Source of the DNA: Gemmatimonadota bacterium
GTDB taxonomy: Bacteria; Gemmatimonadota; Gemmatimonadetes; Longimicrobiales; Gaopeijiaceae
NCBI GenBank assembly: GCA_026706635.1
Contig: JAPOYJ010000033.1
Coordinates: forward strand, 1,044-65,043
Direction: 5' to 3'
DNA: 64,000 nt
How positions within the stretch are numbered: the first letter of the stretch is position 1; each line of letters opens with the position of its first letter. The notes beneath the pieces were generated by a model. That model saw only the letters and a list, made by a program, of their open reading frames with translations, did no database searches and had not been told where the DNA came from. The position numbers and the translations under genes were made by a program. Positions 1-8,477 of the stretch are shown in pieces.

Positions 1-68
1 CTGGCACCCGTTGTGGGCTGCCGGTCTACCCGCTGGTGCGCCGATTGGGATGCCCCGAGTACGGGAAT

Positions 69-107
69 TGTAAATCATGGATTACACAATGTAAAGCATA
101 GATTACA
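69..107 (+). promoter_or_regulatory. 39-bp double palindrome, site S1 (TGTAAA-N6-ATTACA caa TGTAAA-N6-ATTACA), overlapping the 3' end of modC
   Basis: Read directly: tgtaaa tcatgg attaca caa tgtaaa gcatag attaca. Same 6-6-6-3-6-6-6 geometry as 7 other sites. Confidence 0.6.
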
Positions 108-815
108 TTATGGATAAGCGAAGAACTCGCCGACGAACGCCGTGGCCGGACTTGCGGCCAGCTCGTCGGGCGAACCGCTCTGGACCACTGCGCCCGCCTC
201 GAGGACGTGCACCTGCTTCGCTCCGAGCCCACGGAGATCGCGCACATCGTGAGTCACGATCAGCGAGGCCGCCCGGCAGGCCGCCAGGTGGCGGGCCAGG
301 AACCGGCGGGTCGCGGGACGGGCACCCGCGTCGAGCGCCGCCAGCGGTTCGTCGAGGACAAGGAGATCGGGATCGGCGACTAGCGCTCTCGCGAGCGCGA
401 CCTGCTGCCGCTCCCCGCCGGAGAGGGTGGTGGCGGTACGCCGGGCGAGGTGCTCGCATCCCAGGTCGCCCAGCATCGAGAGGGCGGAGCTCCGGCGTTC
501 GCGGCGCGGCGGTCGGGGCCGGTTCGCAACCAGTCCGAAGGCCACGTTGTCGAGTACGTCGAGGTGCGTGAAGAGCCCCGATCCCTGCGGAACGTACCCG
601 ACGCCCCGTTCGCCTGGGGGGAGCGAGAGCCCCGCACCGGAGTCGTAGAGGATCCGGTCGCCCACCCGGATGCGGCCCGACTCGGGGGTGTGGCCCCCGC
701 AGATCGTCCGGAGCAGGGTGGTCTTCCCCGCGCCGTTTGGTCCGATCAGGAGGGTGGGTGAACCATCGCCGCAGAGTCGTGCAGAGAGGCGGAAGCTCCC
801 GGCCTTCGCCCGCAC
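108..815 (-). CDS. modC: molybdate ABC transporter ATP-binding protein (last 235 codons of track ORF 108..1688)
   Basis: Walker A GPNGAGKTT, signature LSGGERQQ, Walker B LLVLDEP, H-loop VTHD. GTG at 815 lies just after the modB stop (836). The upstream part of the ORF is Arg/Pro-rich shadow overlapping modB. Confidence 0.85.
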   Translation of the reverse strand: MRAKAGSFRLSARLCGDGSPTLLIGPNGAGKTTLLRTICGGHTPESGRIRVGDRILYDSGAGLSLPPGERGVGYVPQGSGLFTHLDVLDNVAFGLVANRPRPPRRERRSSALSMLGDLGCEHLARRTATTLSGGERQQVALARALVADPDLLVLDEPLAALDAGARPATRRFLARHLAACRAASLIVTHDVRDLRGLGAKQVHVLEAGAVVQSGSPDELAASPATAFVGEFFAYP

Positions 816-835
816 GTCAGCCTCCCAGGGTGCCC

Positions 836-1624
836 TCACCGGGCGCCGCGCACTGCCAGGGCCCTCGGCACCATCCGCAGGGGGACCAGCAGGAGAGTGC
901 TCGCCGCAGCCAGGAAGAGCGCCAGCGCGACCGCCGTGCGGCTGTCGGACTCGAGCGCGGTGTAGATCGCCAGCGGCATCGTCTGCGTGGCGCTCGCCAG
1001 ATTCCCGGCGAAGAAGAGCGTCGCCCCGAACTCCCCAAGCGCTCTCGCCCACGAGAGCGCCCCGGCGGTGACCATCCCCGGGAGCGCAATCGGCACGGCG
1101 ACCCTGAGGAAGGCGCCGGCCTGGGACTGCCCGAGGGTGCGGGCCACAATCATGAGGTCCTCGTCCACGGAACGGAAGGCGGTCGCCGCACCCTGGATGT
1201 AGAAGGGCGCCGAGACGGCGACCTGCGCCAGGACCACCGCGGTCGAGGTGAAGGGCAGAGTGAGGCCGAGGGCAGCCAGAGGCGGGCCGAGGAGGCCCGA
1301 GGGCCCGAGGGCCTGGAGGAGGGCGATCCCCATCACGGCGGGGGGCAGGACGATGGGAAGGTCGATCAGAACTTCGGCGGCGCGCTTCAGCCTGCCTGTC
1401 CCCCGGGCGAGCCACCAGGCGAGAGGGGTTCCTGCGACCGCGATCACGAGGATGCTGACGGCGGTGGTTCGCGCGCTCAGGGCGAGAGCTGGCAGAAAGA
1501 GCGGGTGGCGGGCTCCGGCCGCGAGGTCGGAAGGCGTGGACGCAAGGACGAGCGCGACGATCGGGAGCGCCGTGAATAGGAGGATCGGGAGCGCCCACGC
1601 GCCCCCGCTCAGCCTTCGGAGCAT
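836..1624 (-). CDS. modB: molybdate ABC transporter permease
   Basis: 262 aa, multi-TM, with the EAA-like loop of type I importer permeases ([14 protein letters not shown]). Sits between modA and modC. Confidence 0.9.
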   Translation of the reverse strand: MLRRLSGGAWALPILLFTALPIVALVLASTPSDLAAGARHPLFLPALALSARTTAVSILVIAVAGTPLAWWLARGTGRLKRAAEVLIDLPIVLPPAVMGIALLQALGPSGLLGPPLAALGLTLPFTSTAVVLAQVAVSAPFYIQGAATAFRSVDEDLMIVARTLGQSQAGAFLRVAVPIALPGMVTAGALSWARALGEFGATLFFAGNLASATQTMPLAIYTALESDSRTAVALALFLAAASTLLLVPLRMVPRALAVRGAR

Positions 1625-2412
1625 GGCTCTTCGGGTGGGAGAAAGCCCTCGCGGAGGAGGCTCTCACGACCAGGCCCCGTGGCCACATAGCGGAGCCACT
1701 GGCGCGCCGCCCGCGGGGAGGGGGAATCGGCCAGGATCGCCATCAGGTACTCCGCCCGCACATTCGCCCACTCAGGGATCGGAACCTCCCGCACCCTTCC
1801 CGGCTGGACATCGGTCCGGTAGACGATCGCGGCGTCCGCGGCGCCCATCTCGACCTTGGCCCGGACCAGGCGGGCGTTCCCCTCCTTCGAGACGACCCTC
1901 TCGAGCAAGGCCTCCTCGAAGCCGAGGCCGAGCCTCTCGCGAGAGCGCTCGACGACCTTCAGCGTGTAGCCGCCGAGCGGCGTCGCATCCGTCCCGATCA
2001 CCAGGCGCTCGGCGCGTGGCAGCTCGGCGAAGCTCCCGATCGCTCCCGATCCGTTTGCTGGCACGATCACAGTCAGCTCGTTGCCCGCGATCGGGCGATA
2101 GTCGGCGACGAGCCCCGCGTGCGCCAGCGCCTCCACATGGCGCCGGTCGGCCGAGGCGAACACATCCGCGGGGGCACCCTCCTCGATCTGGAGCTTCAGC
2201 ACATGGCTGCCCGCAAAGACGAGGCGGAGGTCGACACCTGGGTGGTCGGCCTCGAAGGGCGCCTCCATCCCGGCGAATGCGTCCGACAGCGACGATGCCG
2301 CGAATACGAAGAGAGGCTCCCGCTCGCCGCCCCCGCTGCAAGCGGCCACGGAGGCTGCCGCCGGGAGCGCCAGCACCCCGCGGGCCGCCGCCAGCAGGCC
2401 AGCCGCCCTCAC
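1609..2412 (-). CDS. modA: molybdate ABC transporter substrate-binding lipoprotein (last 267 codons of ORF 1609..2805)
   Basis: Signal/lipobox [10 protein letters not shown], then the ModA-like motif [10 protein letters not shown]...VFASAD. GTG at 2412. Confidence 0.85.
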   Translation of the reverse strand: MRAAGLLAAARGVLALPAAASVAACSGGGEREPLFVFAASSLSDAFAGMEAPFEADHPGVDLRLVFAGSHVLKLQIEEGAPADVFASADRRHVEALAHAGLVADYRPIAGNELTVIVPANGSGAIGSFAELPRAERLVIGTDATPLGGYTLKVVERSRERLGLGFEEALLERVVSKEGNARLVRAKVEMGAADAAIVYRTDVQPGRVREVPIPEWANVRAEYLMAILADSPSPRAARQWLRYVATGPGRESLLREGFLPPEEPCSEG

Positions 2413-2440
2413 ACAGCTTCTACGGTGCCGACCCGCCCGC

Positions 2441-3226
2441 CTACGGAGTGATCGTAGCGGGCATCCGATCGGCATCGGCGCCAAATTCCGGATCTGCGAG
2501 CGTCTCGAGCACCCGGGAGACCGGCGGAGCGTCCGCGCTCTCGGCCGGAAGCACCAGCGCCTGGTGCCACTTGGCCAGCTGGACGGTCCGCAGGCGCCAG
2601 GAGGGGAGCGCGCCCTTCGCGGCAGCGATCGCGGCGTCGGGCCCGTCGTCGCCCTCCAGCTGAAGTCCGGCGATGTGCACGAAGCCGTCGGCGAGGAGAT
2701 CGAGGGCGCGACGATTGCCGGAGGGGAGCCACCGCGCCTGCAGGTCCGCAAAGCGCCGATTCGCCCTGCTGGCGGCGACGCCGAGGAGCGGTCCGCTACC
2801 CGCAACCAGGACGCCCCGGGCGAGCTTGGCCTCGCTGAAGAGAGGGCTCACGCTCGCCTGCGTATCCGTGTGCGAGACCAGGACGCCGTCGGCAGCCTCC
2901 GCCCCAGCGGGTGGTAGCCGGTGCGCCACCCAGTCACCCGCGACCCGCGCCAGCGCCACCCGCTCGCTGCCCCCACACCGGTCGGCCTCGGGGGCGAGAC
3001 GGGCCTGCAGGGCGTCGGGCCGGGTCAGGTGGAAGATGTCCTCGACGCGGCACTCGAGGGCGCGGGCAAGGCGCAGGGAGAGCATCGTCGAGGGCGCGTT
3101 GCGTCCTCCCTCGATGGCGACGATCGCCTGGCGGGAGACTCCGGTGCGCTCCGCCAGGGCGGTCTGGGAGAGGCCGGCGGCCCTGCGGCGCGACCGCAGG
3201 CGGGTATCGAGTCGAAGATCGGACAT
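2441..3226 (-). CDS. XRE-family HTH regulator fused to a periplasmic-binding-protein-like (molybdate-binding type) domain
   Basis: N-terminal HTH (LSQTALAERTGVSRQAIVAIEGG). C-terminal ~170 aa PBP-like domain. Immediately upstream of modABC on the same strand. Confidence 0.7.
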   Translation of the reverse strand: MSDLRLDTRLRSRRRAAGLSQTALAERTGVSRQAIVAIEGGRNAPSTMLSLRLARALECRVEDIFHLTRPDALQARLAPEADRCGGSERVALARVAGDWVAHRLPPAGAEAADGVLVSHTDTQASVSPLFSEAKLARGVLVAGSGPLLGVAASRANRRFADLQARWLPSGNRRALDLLADGFVHIAGLQLEGDDGPDAAIAAAKGALPSWRLRTVQLAKWHQALVLPAESADAPPVSRVLETLADPEFGADADRMPATITP

Positions 3227-3258
3227 GGCTCTAGCTCCTGGGAAGGTCCTCTACGCAG

Positions 3259-3297
3259 AGTAATCGGGAGATTACATAATGTAAACTGCGATTGTCA
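3259..3297 (+). promoter_or_regulatory. 39-bp double palindrome, site S2 (AGTAAT-N6-ATTACA taa TGTAAA-N6-TTGTCA) in the divergent regulator/GNAT intergenic region
   Basis: Read directly; lies 33 bp upstream of the regulator start (3226). Confidence 0.55.
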
Positions 3298-3455
3298 TTT
3301 TTCAAGCTACCGGTGTCGTTGACGCCTCCCCAATCGAGCCCTTCCCCCTGCCAGGGGGGCGCTTCGCCGCTCTAGCCGCTCGCGCGAGACTATCGACCGA
3401 GTGCTCGCCGTGCGCGCGAGACTGCGGGCCGTGCGACGCTGGGTAGATTCGATCC

Positions 3456-4202
3456 ATGGCCAGCGACAGCGCCGTCGAGATCCGGCCCCTAGTGACCCGC
3501 AGCGAATACGAGGGGTGCGTCGCGCTCCAGCGAGAGGTGTGGGGCGCTGCGTACTCGGAGATCGTGCCGGTCACCGTGATGGAGATCGCGGTCCGGGTGG
3601 GGGGGATCTGCATCGGCGCATTCCGGGAGAGCGGCAAGCTGGTCGGCTTCGTCTTCGGGGTGACGGGACCGAGGGCCGGGGCTCTGACGCACTGGTCGCA
3701 CATGCTGGCGGTGAGGGAGGAGTGGCGCGGGCGGGGCCTCGGCGCACGTCTGAAGCTCGCCCAGCGGGAGTCCGCGGCGGCTCTGGGCGCGCGCTCGATC
3801 CAGTGGACCTTCGACCCGCTTGTGAGTCGCAATGCGCACTTCAACCTGAATCGTCTCGGGGTCTCGGTCGTCCGGTACGCGCCCGACATGTACGGGCCCT
3901 CGGGGAGCGAGCTGCATCGGCTGGGCACCGATCGGCTGGTCGTGCGCTGGGACCTTGCCGGAGAGGTGGACGCGACGGCCCCGGCGGGAGATAGCGCCGA
4001 GGTGGCTATCCCCAGCGACATCGACGCCGTGCAGAGGCGCGACCTCGACGAGGCGCTTGCGTGGCGCGCGGCAAATCGGAGGGAGCTTGGGGGGCTGCTG
4101 GAAGACGGCTACCAGGTGGTCGGCTTCGACCGTGGCGGCGACTTCGGACGCTACCTACTCGTCAGGGCGGCGCCTGATCCCGCGGGCCGGACGGACGGCT
4201 GA
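3456..4202 (+). CDS. GNAT-family acetyltransferase-like protein
   Basis: 248 aa with a GNAT-like core (LAVREEWRGRGLGARLK = Q/RxxGxG/A CoA-binding motif). Confidence 0.65.
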   Translation: MASDSAVEIRPLVTRSEYEGCVALQREVWGAAYSEIVPVTVMEIAVRVGGICIGAFRESGKLVGFVFGVTGPRAGALTHWSHMLAVREEWRGRGLGARLKLAQRESAAALGARSIQWTFDPLVSRNAHFNLNRLGVSVVRYAPDMYGPSGSELHRLGTDRLVVRWDLAGEVDATAPAGDSAEVAIPSDIDAVQRRDLDEALAWRAANRRELGGLLEDGYQVVGFDRGGDFGRYLLVRAAPDPAGRTDG

Positions 4203-5392
4203 TGCGCGTCGGCGTCGTGGGTGGGGGCGTGGTGGGTCTGGCGACCGCGTGGTACCTCGCCGAGCGGGGGGCCGATCCCTTCGTGGTGGATGCGGGCAGC
4301 GTCGGAGGCGGGTGCTCGCGTGGCAGCCTCGGGTGGATCTCGCCGACGCTCTCGGTGCCGCTGGCGGGACCGGGCCTTGGGTGGAGATCCCTGGCCGGGA
4401 TGCTCAGGCGCGACGGGCCGCTCTACATCCGGACGGCGGCTCTGCCATCGCTCCTCCCCTGGCTGGCAGGCTTCCGGCGACACTGCACCGAGTCGGCGTG
4501 GACGAGGGGGATAGCTCGGCTGGCGGCTCTGAACGAAGGGACGATGGCGCTCTACGATGGTCTGGCGGCCGCCGGGGTCGACTTCGAATTCGCCCGCACG
4601 GGCATCCTCATCGCCTTTCGGGATCGGAGGAAGGCCGAGCAGCAACGGACGGAGCTCCGCGCGGTGTCGGAGGTCTCCTCCCCCAGGTGGCGCGAGGTCG
4701 ACGAAGGCGGGCTCCAGGAGCTGGAACCGCTCCTGAAGCCGGGGTTCTCCGAGGGCTTCCTCCTCGAGTCGGACGGCCATCTGCGTCCCGAGTCGCTGAC
4801 CGCCGGACTCGCAGCTGCGCTCCGCGGTCGCGGGGTCGAGCTGATCGAGGGGTGCCGGGTAGAGGGGTACAGAGAGGATGGTCGGTGGGTGCGGGCGCTG
4901 ACCTCGGCCGAGGGCGAGATCGATGCGGATGCGGTCGTGCTAGCCGCCGGGGTGGGGACGGCGGAGCTCGCCCGGGCCGCGGGGCAGGCGCTCTTCCTGA
5001 CGGCGGGGAAGGGGTACACGGTCACGGTGGAGGCGTCGACCCGGCAGCTTCGGAGACCGCTGATCCTCGGCGCCGAGAAGGTCGGCATGACGCCCTTTTC
5101 CGGTGCGATCCGCTTCGGGGGGACGATGGAGCTCTCGGGGGTCAACGACCGTCTGGACCGTAGGCGAATCGCGCCGCTTCGGGACGCGGTCGAGCGCGGG
5201 GTGAAGATCGCCGAGGCGCAGAGCGGCGGCGTCGAGTGGGTGGGGATGCGGCCGATGCTCCCGGATACGCTGCCGCTGGTCGGGCGGATCGCGTCGCGGA
5301 GGAACGTCTACGTCAACGTCGGGCACCAGATGCTGGGGCTGACCCTCGCGCTGAGCTGCGGCAAGGCGCTGGCCGAGATGGTGACGGGGTGA
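4202..5392 (+). CDS. FAD-dependent oxidoreductase, D-amino-acid dehydrogenase-like
   Basis: N-terminal Rossmann motif VGVVGGGVVGLATAWYLAERG; 396 aa DAO-family length. Its start overlaps the stop of the upstream gene. Confidence 0.8.
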   Translation: MRVGVVGGGVVGLATAWYLAERGADPFVVDAGSVGGGCSRGSLGWISPTLSVPLAGPGLGWRSLAGMLRRDGPLYIRTAALPSLLPWLAGFRRHCTESAWTRGIARLAALNEGTMALYDGLAAAGVDFEFARTGILIAFRDRRKAEQQRTELRAVSEVSSPRWREVDEGGLQELEPLLKPGFSEGFLLESDGHLRPESLTAGLAAALRGRGVELIEGCRVEGYREDGRWVRALTSAEGEIDADAVVLAAGVGTAELARAAGQALFLTAGKGYTVTVEASTRQLRRPLILGAEKVGMTPFSGAIRFGGTMELSGVNDRLDRRRIAPLRDAVERGVKIAEAQSGGVEWVGMRPMLPDTLPLVGRIASRRNVYVNVGHQMLGLTLALSCGKALAEMVTG

Positions 5393-5983
5393 GGGGGGGG
5401 GAGCTAAATGGTGTCCGCGAGCGCGTGCATTTCGTGTTTCTTGAGCGCCGTGGCCAGGCAATCGTAGATTCGGGTCATGTCAGGCGCCATCCGCCCGTGG
5501 TACGATCAGGAGGGAGCTGAGGGGATGCGGGCGCCGGTAGGGCGCATGAAGCGGCTGGCCCGTCGTCGGTCCAGCGGAAACAGACGCGCCACTGTCTGTT
5601 GATTCGAATGCTGTGCTGTCCCGCGCGACCGCCTCGGAGCGGTGCAGCGCCAGCGCTACCTGTGCGGGGCTGGCGTTGCCGTAGTCCGCCTTCAGGGCCT
5701 TCCGGCGCTTCACCCGGCGTCCTTCGCGGCCATGGGGAGGTCGGACAACGCAGGGCCGCCCTTCGGCCTTGGCTTCACCTCTATGGGGGGGATCGTTCGT
5801 CGATCACACCGTCGAGGTGCCGCCGTAGGTTGGCGATGTCCCTTCAGGGTCGGCGACGCCTCTCCTGACGGGCTTGACTGCCTCCTGAATCGCCTTGGCG
5901 ATCCAGTTGCGATCCTCCTGTGTCAGATGCACGGTGGAGGGGACTCTCCTGTGGGGTGGACTCTGTGGGAAGTGTGGATCTGA

Positions 5984-6382
5984 CTAGTCCTCCAGCCGAG
6001 TCAGGCTGATGGTCACGTCGCCGTCCGTCATGGCCATCTTCCCCTCGATCATCGTGGGGGTGCTCCGCTTCCCGGCATAGGTGATCTTGGTCTCCTCCCC
6101 GATGTCCTCAAGAGCAAGATCCAGCGCCATTGCCTCCGTGTCAATCTTGTAGGTTCCTGTGATCGTCGCGGTGAACGCTAGGTCGCCTAGGCGGAGGGTG
6201 GCGGAGCCCGACAGAGTGCCGTCCCGGTCTGTGAGCTTGAGCTTGAGGGCGTTTGACCAGGGCTCGCTCTCGCTCCCGGCGCTCTCTCCTGCCCACGTCC
6301 CCGTAAGCGGACCGAGCGGCTCCGTTCCCCCGCAGGCGGTGGCTAGCAGGGCCACGAATGCAAGTGTGGTGAGTCTCTTCAT
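5984..6382 (-). CDS. small lipoprotein, function unknown
   Basis: Signal peptide plus lipobox (LLATAC). No recognisable catalytic motif. Confidence 0.55.
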   Translation of the reverse strand: MKRLTTLAFVALLATACGGTEPLGPLTGTWAGESAGSESEPWSNALKLKLTDRDGTLSGSATLRLGDLAFTATITGTYKIDTEAMALDLALEDIGEETKITYAGKRSTPTMIEGKMAMTDGDVTISLTRLED

Positions 6383-6609
6383 GGGTCATCTCCTCCTGTG
6401 TTCGCCGGTGGGGTACACCTGTCGTCCAGTATAGATACACCATCGGTTCCGCTTCCGTTCACCCATGACGGCCATGCTCCCGGTTAGGGCCGCTACGGTC
6501 TCCTGCAGGTCAGTCGCGAGCCGTGTCGCCGCCGGTGTAGCGGTAGGCAAATACCCGGCCCTTCGCCTGCTCGAGGCGCGTTCGAGGCTGTAGTGCTCGG
6601 GGCTGCCAT

Positions 6610-7142
6610 TCATGACGCGCACCGCGGGTCGGGGCAGCTTTCGATGAGCATGGACCAGAAGCTCTCTACGCCGTTCGCGTGGACCTGCCCCCGGACGTAT
6701 TCGCCAACGTTGTGAGCGACGGCCTGATGGTTGGGCCGCCCCCGGTCTTGCCGTGGAGCGAGGCCGTGCCTGCGAGCTCCGCGCGCCTCGCATTCGACAT
6801 GTTCCTGCGCTTGCCGCCGAAGTGCGCCTCGTCCACCTCGACCGGGCCGGACATGGCTACTGCCCCCTCGGCTGCGAACGCCTCCCCGATGCGCCGCTGC
6901 ATGAACCAGGCGGTCTTGTAGCTGACGCCGATGTCGCGGTGCAGCTTCATGGCGGCCACGCCCTTGAGGCTCGTCACGTCGAGGTAGATCGCGTAGACCC
7001 ACTTCCGGATCGGCACCTTGGACCGCTCCATGAGCGTGCCAGTGCGGACGCTGAAGTAGCTCCGGCAGTCGGAGCACCAGTAGGGCATCTTGGCGTGGCT
7101 GGCGTCCGTGGTGCGGATGGATCCGCGAATTCTCTCGTTCAT
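6610..7142 (-). pseudogene. IS1595-family (ISXO2-like) transposase remnant, frameshifted and truncated
   Basis: N-terminal Zn-ribbon/HTH part (YWCSDCRSYFSVRTGT...SYKTAWFMQRRI...VEVDEAHFGGK) is in one frame. The DDE C-terminal signature (VHANGVESFWSML) is in another frame (ORF 6610..7077). Confidence 0.6.
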
Positions 7143-7238
7143 GTCAATCCAAGGTTATAATCCCCGGCGCGACGAAGGGTTGGTACCAGCGCTACCGGCC
7201 CGACGAGCAACGCAGAGCGAAGTCGCGGGAATGGGAAT

Positions 7239-7277
7239 TGTAAACCATGGAATACACAAAGCAAATCATACATTACA
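7239..7277 (+). promoter_or_regulatory. 39-bp double palindrome, site S3 (TGTAAA-N6-AATACA caa AGCAAA-N6-ATTACA)
   Basis: Read directly. Followed by the GC-rich module 7278-7351. Confidence 0.5.
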
Positions 7278-7351
7278 GTGTCGAGAGACGAACGAAGCGG
7301 TCCAGCGGGGATGCAGCGCTGCTCGAATGCCGTGGGGGGTTTGTCCACGGG
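7278..7351 (+). repeat. GC-rich ~70-nt repeat module (copy B)
   Basis: ...cgaagcggtccagcggggatgcagcgctgctcgaatgccgtggggggtttgtccacggg. Near-identical to 62066-62139; related to 42680-42744, 38141-38248 and 27215-27262. Confidence 0.7.
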
Positions 7352-7490
7352 CTGCTAGGTCCCGGAGCGCTTCCGCGTTGTCCAAGAAGGTCAGACGGCG
7401 CGCCGCTTGATCGGCGAAGCCGTGAAATGCCCCGACCCACTGCCCCTCGAAGAAGCGCTTGGTGTTCCGGTCCTTGAAGCTTCGAATCAT
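7345..7490 (-). pseudogene. higB: HigB-like (RelE superfamily) toxin, N-terminal ~49 codons only
   Basis: MIRSFKDRNTKRFFEGQ...ARRLTFLDNAEALRDLAARG matches the HigB N-terminal half. The reading frame then runs into repeat copy B. No higA downstream. Confidence 0.5.
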
Positions 7491-7663
7491 CGATTTCACA
7501 AGGTACGCGAGATTACGGATTACGTAAAATGTAATCGGTATCCTCGGTGTCAACGCCTTTCTCCCCGGTACGGGCTTCCACGGTGTCCCGGAGGACGTCT
7601 GAAGCTTCCAGATCGGCAGCTGCCCAGGTCTGCCACAAAGTGGATCAAGGACCCGTAAGGGCC

Positions 7664-7690
7664 GAACCCTTGCGCAAAGCGCATTAGTTC
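7664..7690 (+). repeat. REP-like hairpin element, copy 1 (GAAC-ccT-TGCGC-aaa-GCGCA-tta-GTTC)
   Basis: Read directly; one of 5 copies with the same asymmetric hairpin. Confidence 0.65.
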
Positions 7691-7813
7691 AAACCACCGG
7701 GGCCGCAGCCCAGGAAAGCGGCGTCCGAGCCGGTACCGAGTCGACCACGGATCCAATCGCTCGCCGGGGCTCATGAAATCCCATTCGGGCGCCTGACACT
7801 ATACCGCAAACAT

Positions 7814-8134
7814 TTAGCTCAGCACGTTGAGCGATCGCCTGATCTCATCCTCGCTCAACCGTCCGGCGCGCCGCAACAGCCGAGCGCGGTCAACGGTGCG
7901 GACCTGGTCAGCCACCACGAAACCGGCCCGTCCTTCGAACGAGCATCGGATTCGGAACGGGTAGGGGTGTCCGCCGGTGGTCATCGGCACCACAATAAAG
8001 GCGCCCAGGTGATCGTTCAGTTCGTCGGGCGACACCACCACGCAGCGTCGTGTCTTCCTGATCTCCCGCCCGCGGGTGGGGTCCAGCGACACCAGGTAGA
8101 CGTCGCCCCGGCGCAGGGCGCCTACCACTCCCAC
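7814..8134 (-). CDS. mazF: MazF/PemK-family endoribonuclease toxin
   Basis: RGDVYLVSLDPTRGREIRKTRRCVVVSPDELN...VVPMTT is the PemK fold signature. GTG at 8134/8128 overlaps the mazE stop. Confidence 0.8.
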   Translation of the reverse strand: MGVVGALRRGDVYLVSLDPTRGREIRKTRRCVVVSPDELNDHLGAFIVVPMTTGGHPYPFRIRCSFEGRAGFVVADQVRTVDRARLLRRAGRLSEDEIRRSLNVLS

Positions 8135-8370
8135 TCGAAGGTGTCGAAGTCCGTTGGAGCCGGATCGTCCAGCAGGCCGGTTTCGCCGCGCTCTCGCATT
8201 TCCTGCGCTGCCGCGCTCCATCCGTCACGAGGTCTCGCCGCAGGTTCGATCAGCAAGCCGGACGCTGTGACTCGAAATCGAAGCGGGCCTCTGTCGAGTC
8301 CCGCTGCCTCGATGAACGCCTTGGGGATCCGGACCCCGCGCGAGTTGCCGATTCGGATGAGCTTTGTCAT
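8122..8370 (-). CDS. mazE: AbrB/MazE/SpoVT-family antitoxin
   Basis: MTKLIRIGNSRGVRIPKAFIE is the swapped-hairpin AbrB motif. AGGAGG upstream. Confidence 0.75.
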   Translation of the reverse strand: MTKLIRIGNSRGVRIPKAFIEAAGLDRGPLRFRVTASGLLIEPAARPRDGWSAAAQEMRERGETGLLDDPAPTDFDTFEWEW

Positions 8371-8477
8371 CACCGCCCACACACCTCCTTTCGATGACTC
8401 CGACCAGATCCTAACGTGACTACGAAGTAATCACCTGCTTGTCGCGATTCAACCAGCCGGACCTTCGTCTTCTCCGC

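Noticed and set aside
69-107. Identifying the 18-bp palindromes as TyrR boxes or LexA/SOS boxes.
   Set aside because: The TyrR similarity (TGTAAA-N6-TTTACA) is only formal, and no TyrR-like gene is seen. The E. coli SOS box has CTGT-N8-ACAG spacing and the Gram-positive box is GAAC-N4-GTTC; neither fits. The sites are left as an unassigned motif.
1248-2663. 471-aa + strand ORF across modA/modB. Similar long antisense ORFs include 21940..23016 and 23029..24567 opposite gyrA, 43871..45298, 47704..48909, 49722..50852, 51185..52249 and 59368..60636.
   Set aside because: Arg/Pro/Gly-rich low-complexity translations lying opposite well-supported genes. These are typical stop-poor shadow frames of a high-GC genome.
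5480-5932. Small minus-strand ORFs: 5804..5932 (VHLTQEDRNWIAKAIQEAV..., RHH/MobC-like flavour) and 5480..5713 (MKRRKALKADYGNASPAQVALAL...).
   Set aside because: They are too short and too weakly patterned to call, and there is no clear RBS or partner gene. They may be remnants at the island edge.
7521-7539. The palindrome GATTAC-N7-GTAATC upstream of higB as a ninth copy of the 39-bp motif.
   Set aside because: It does not fit the 6-6-6-3-6-6-6 geometry. It is more likely the HigA/HigB operator of the decayed TA module.
7550-7774. 74-aa ORF covering REP-like hairpin copy 1, and the 14290..14649 ORF covering copy 2.
   Set aside because: The similarity between these loci is at the DNA level and restricted to the hairpin. 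The translations are low-complexity and not conserved in frame.
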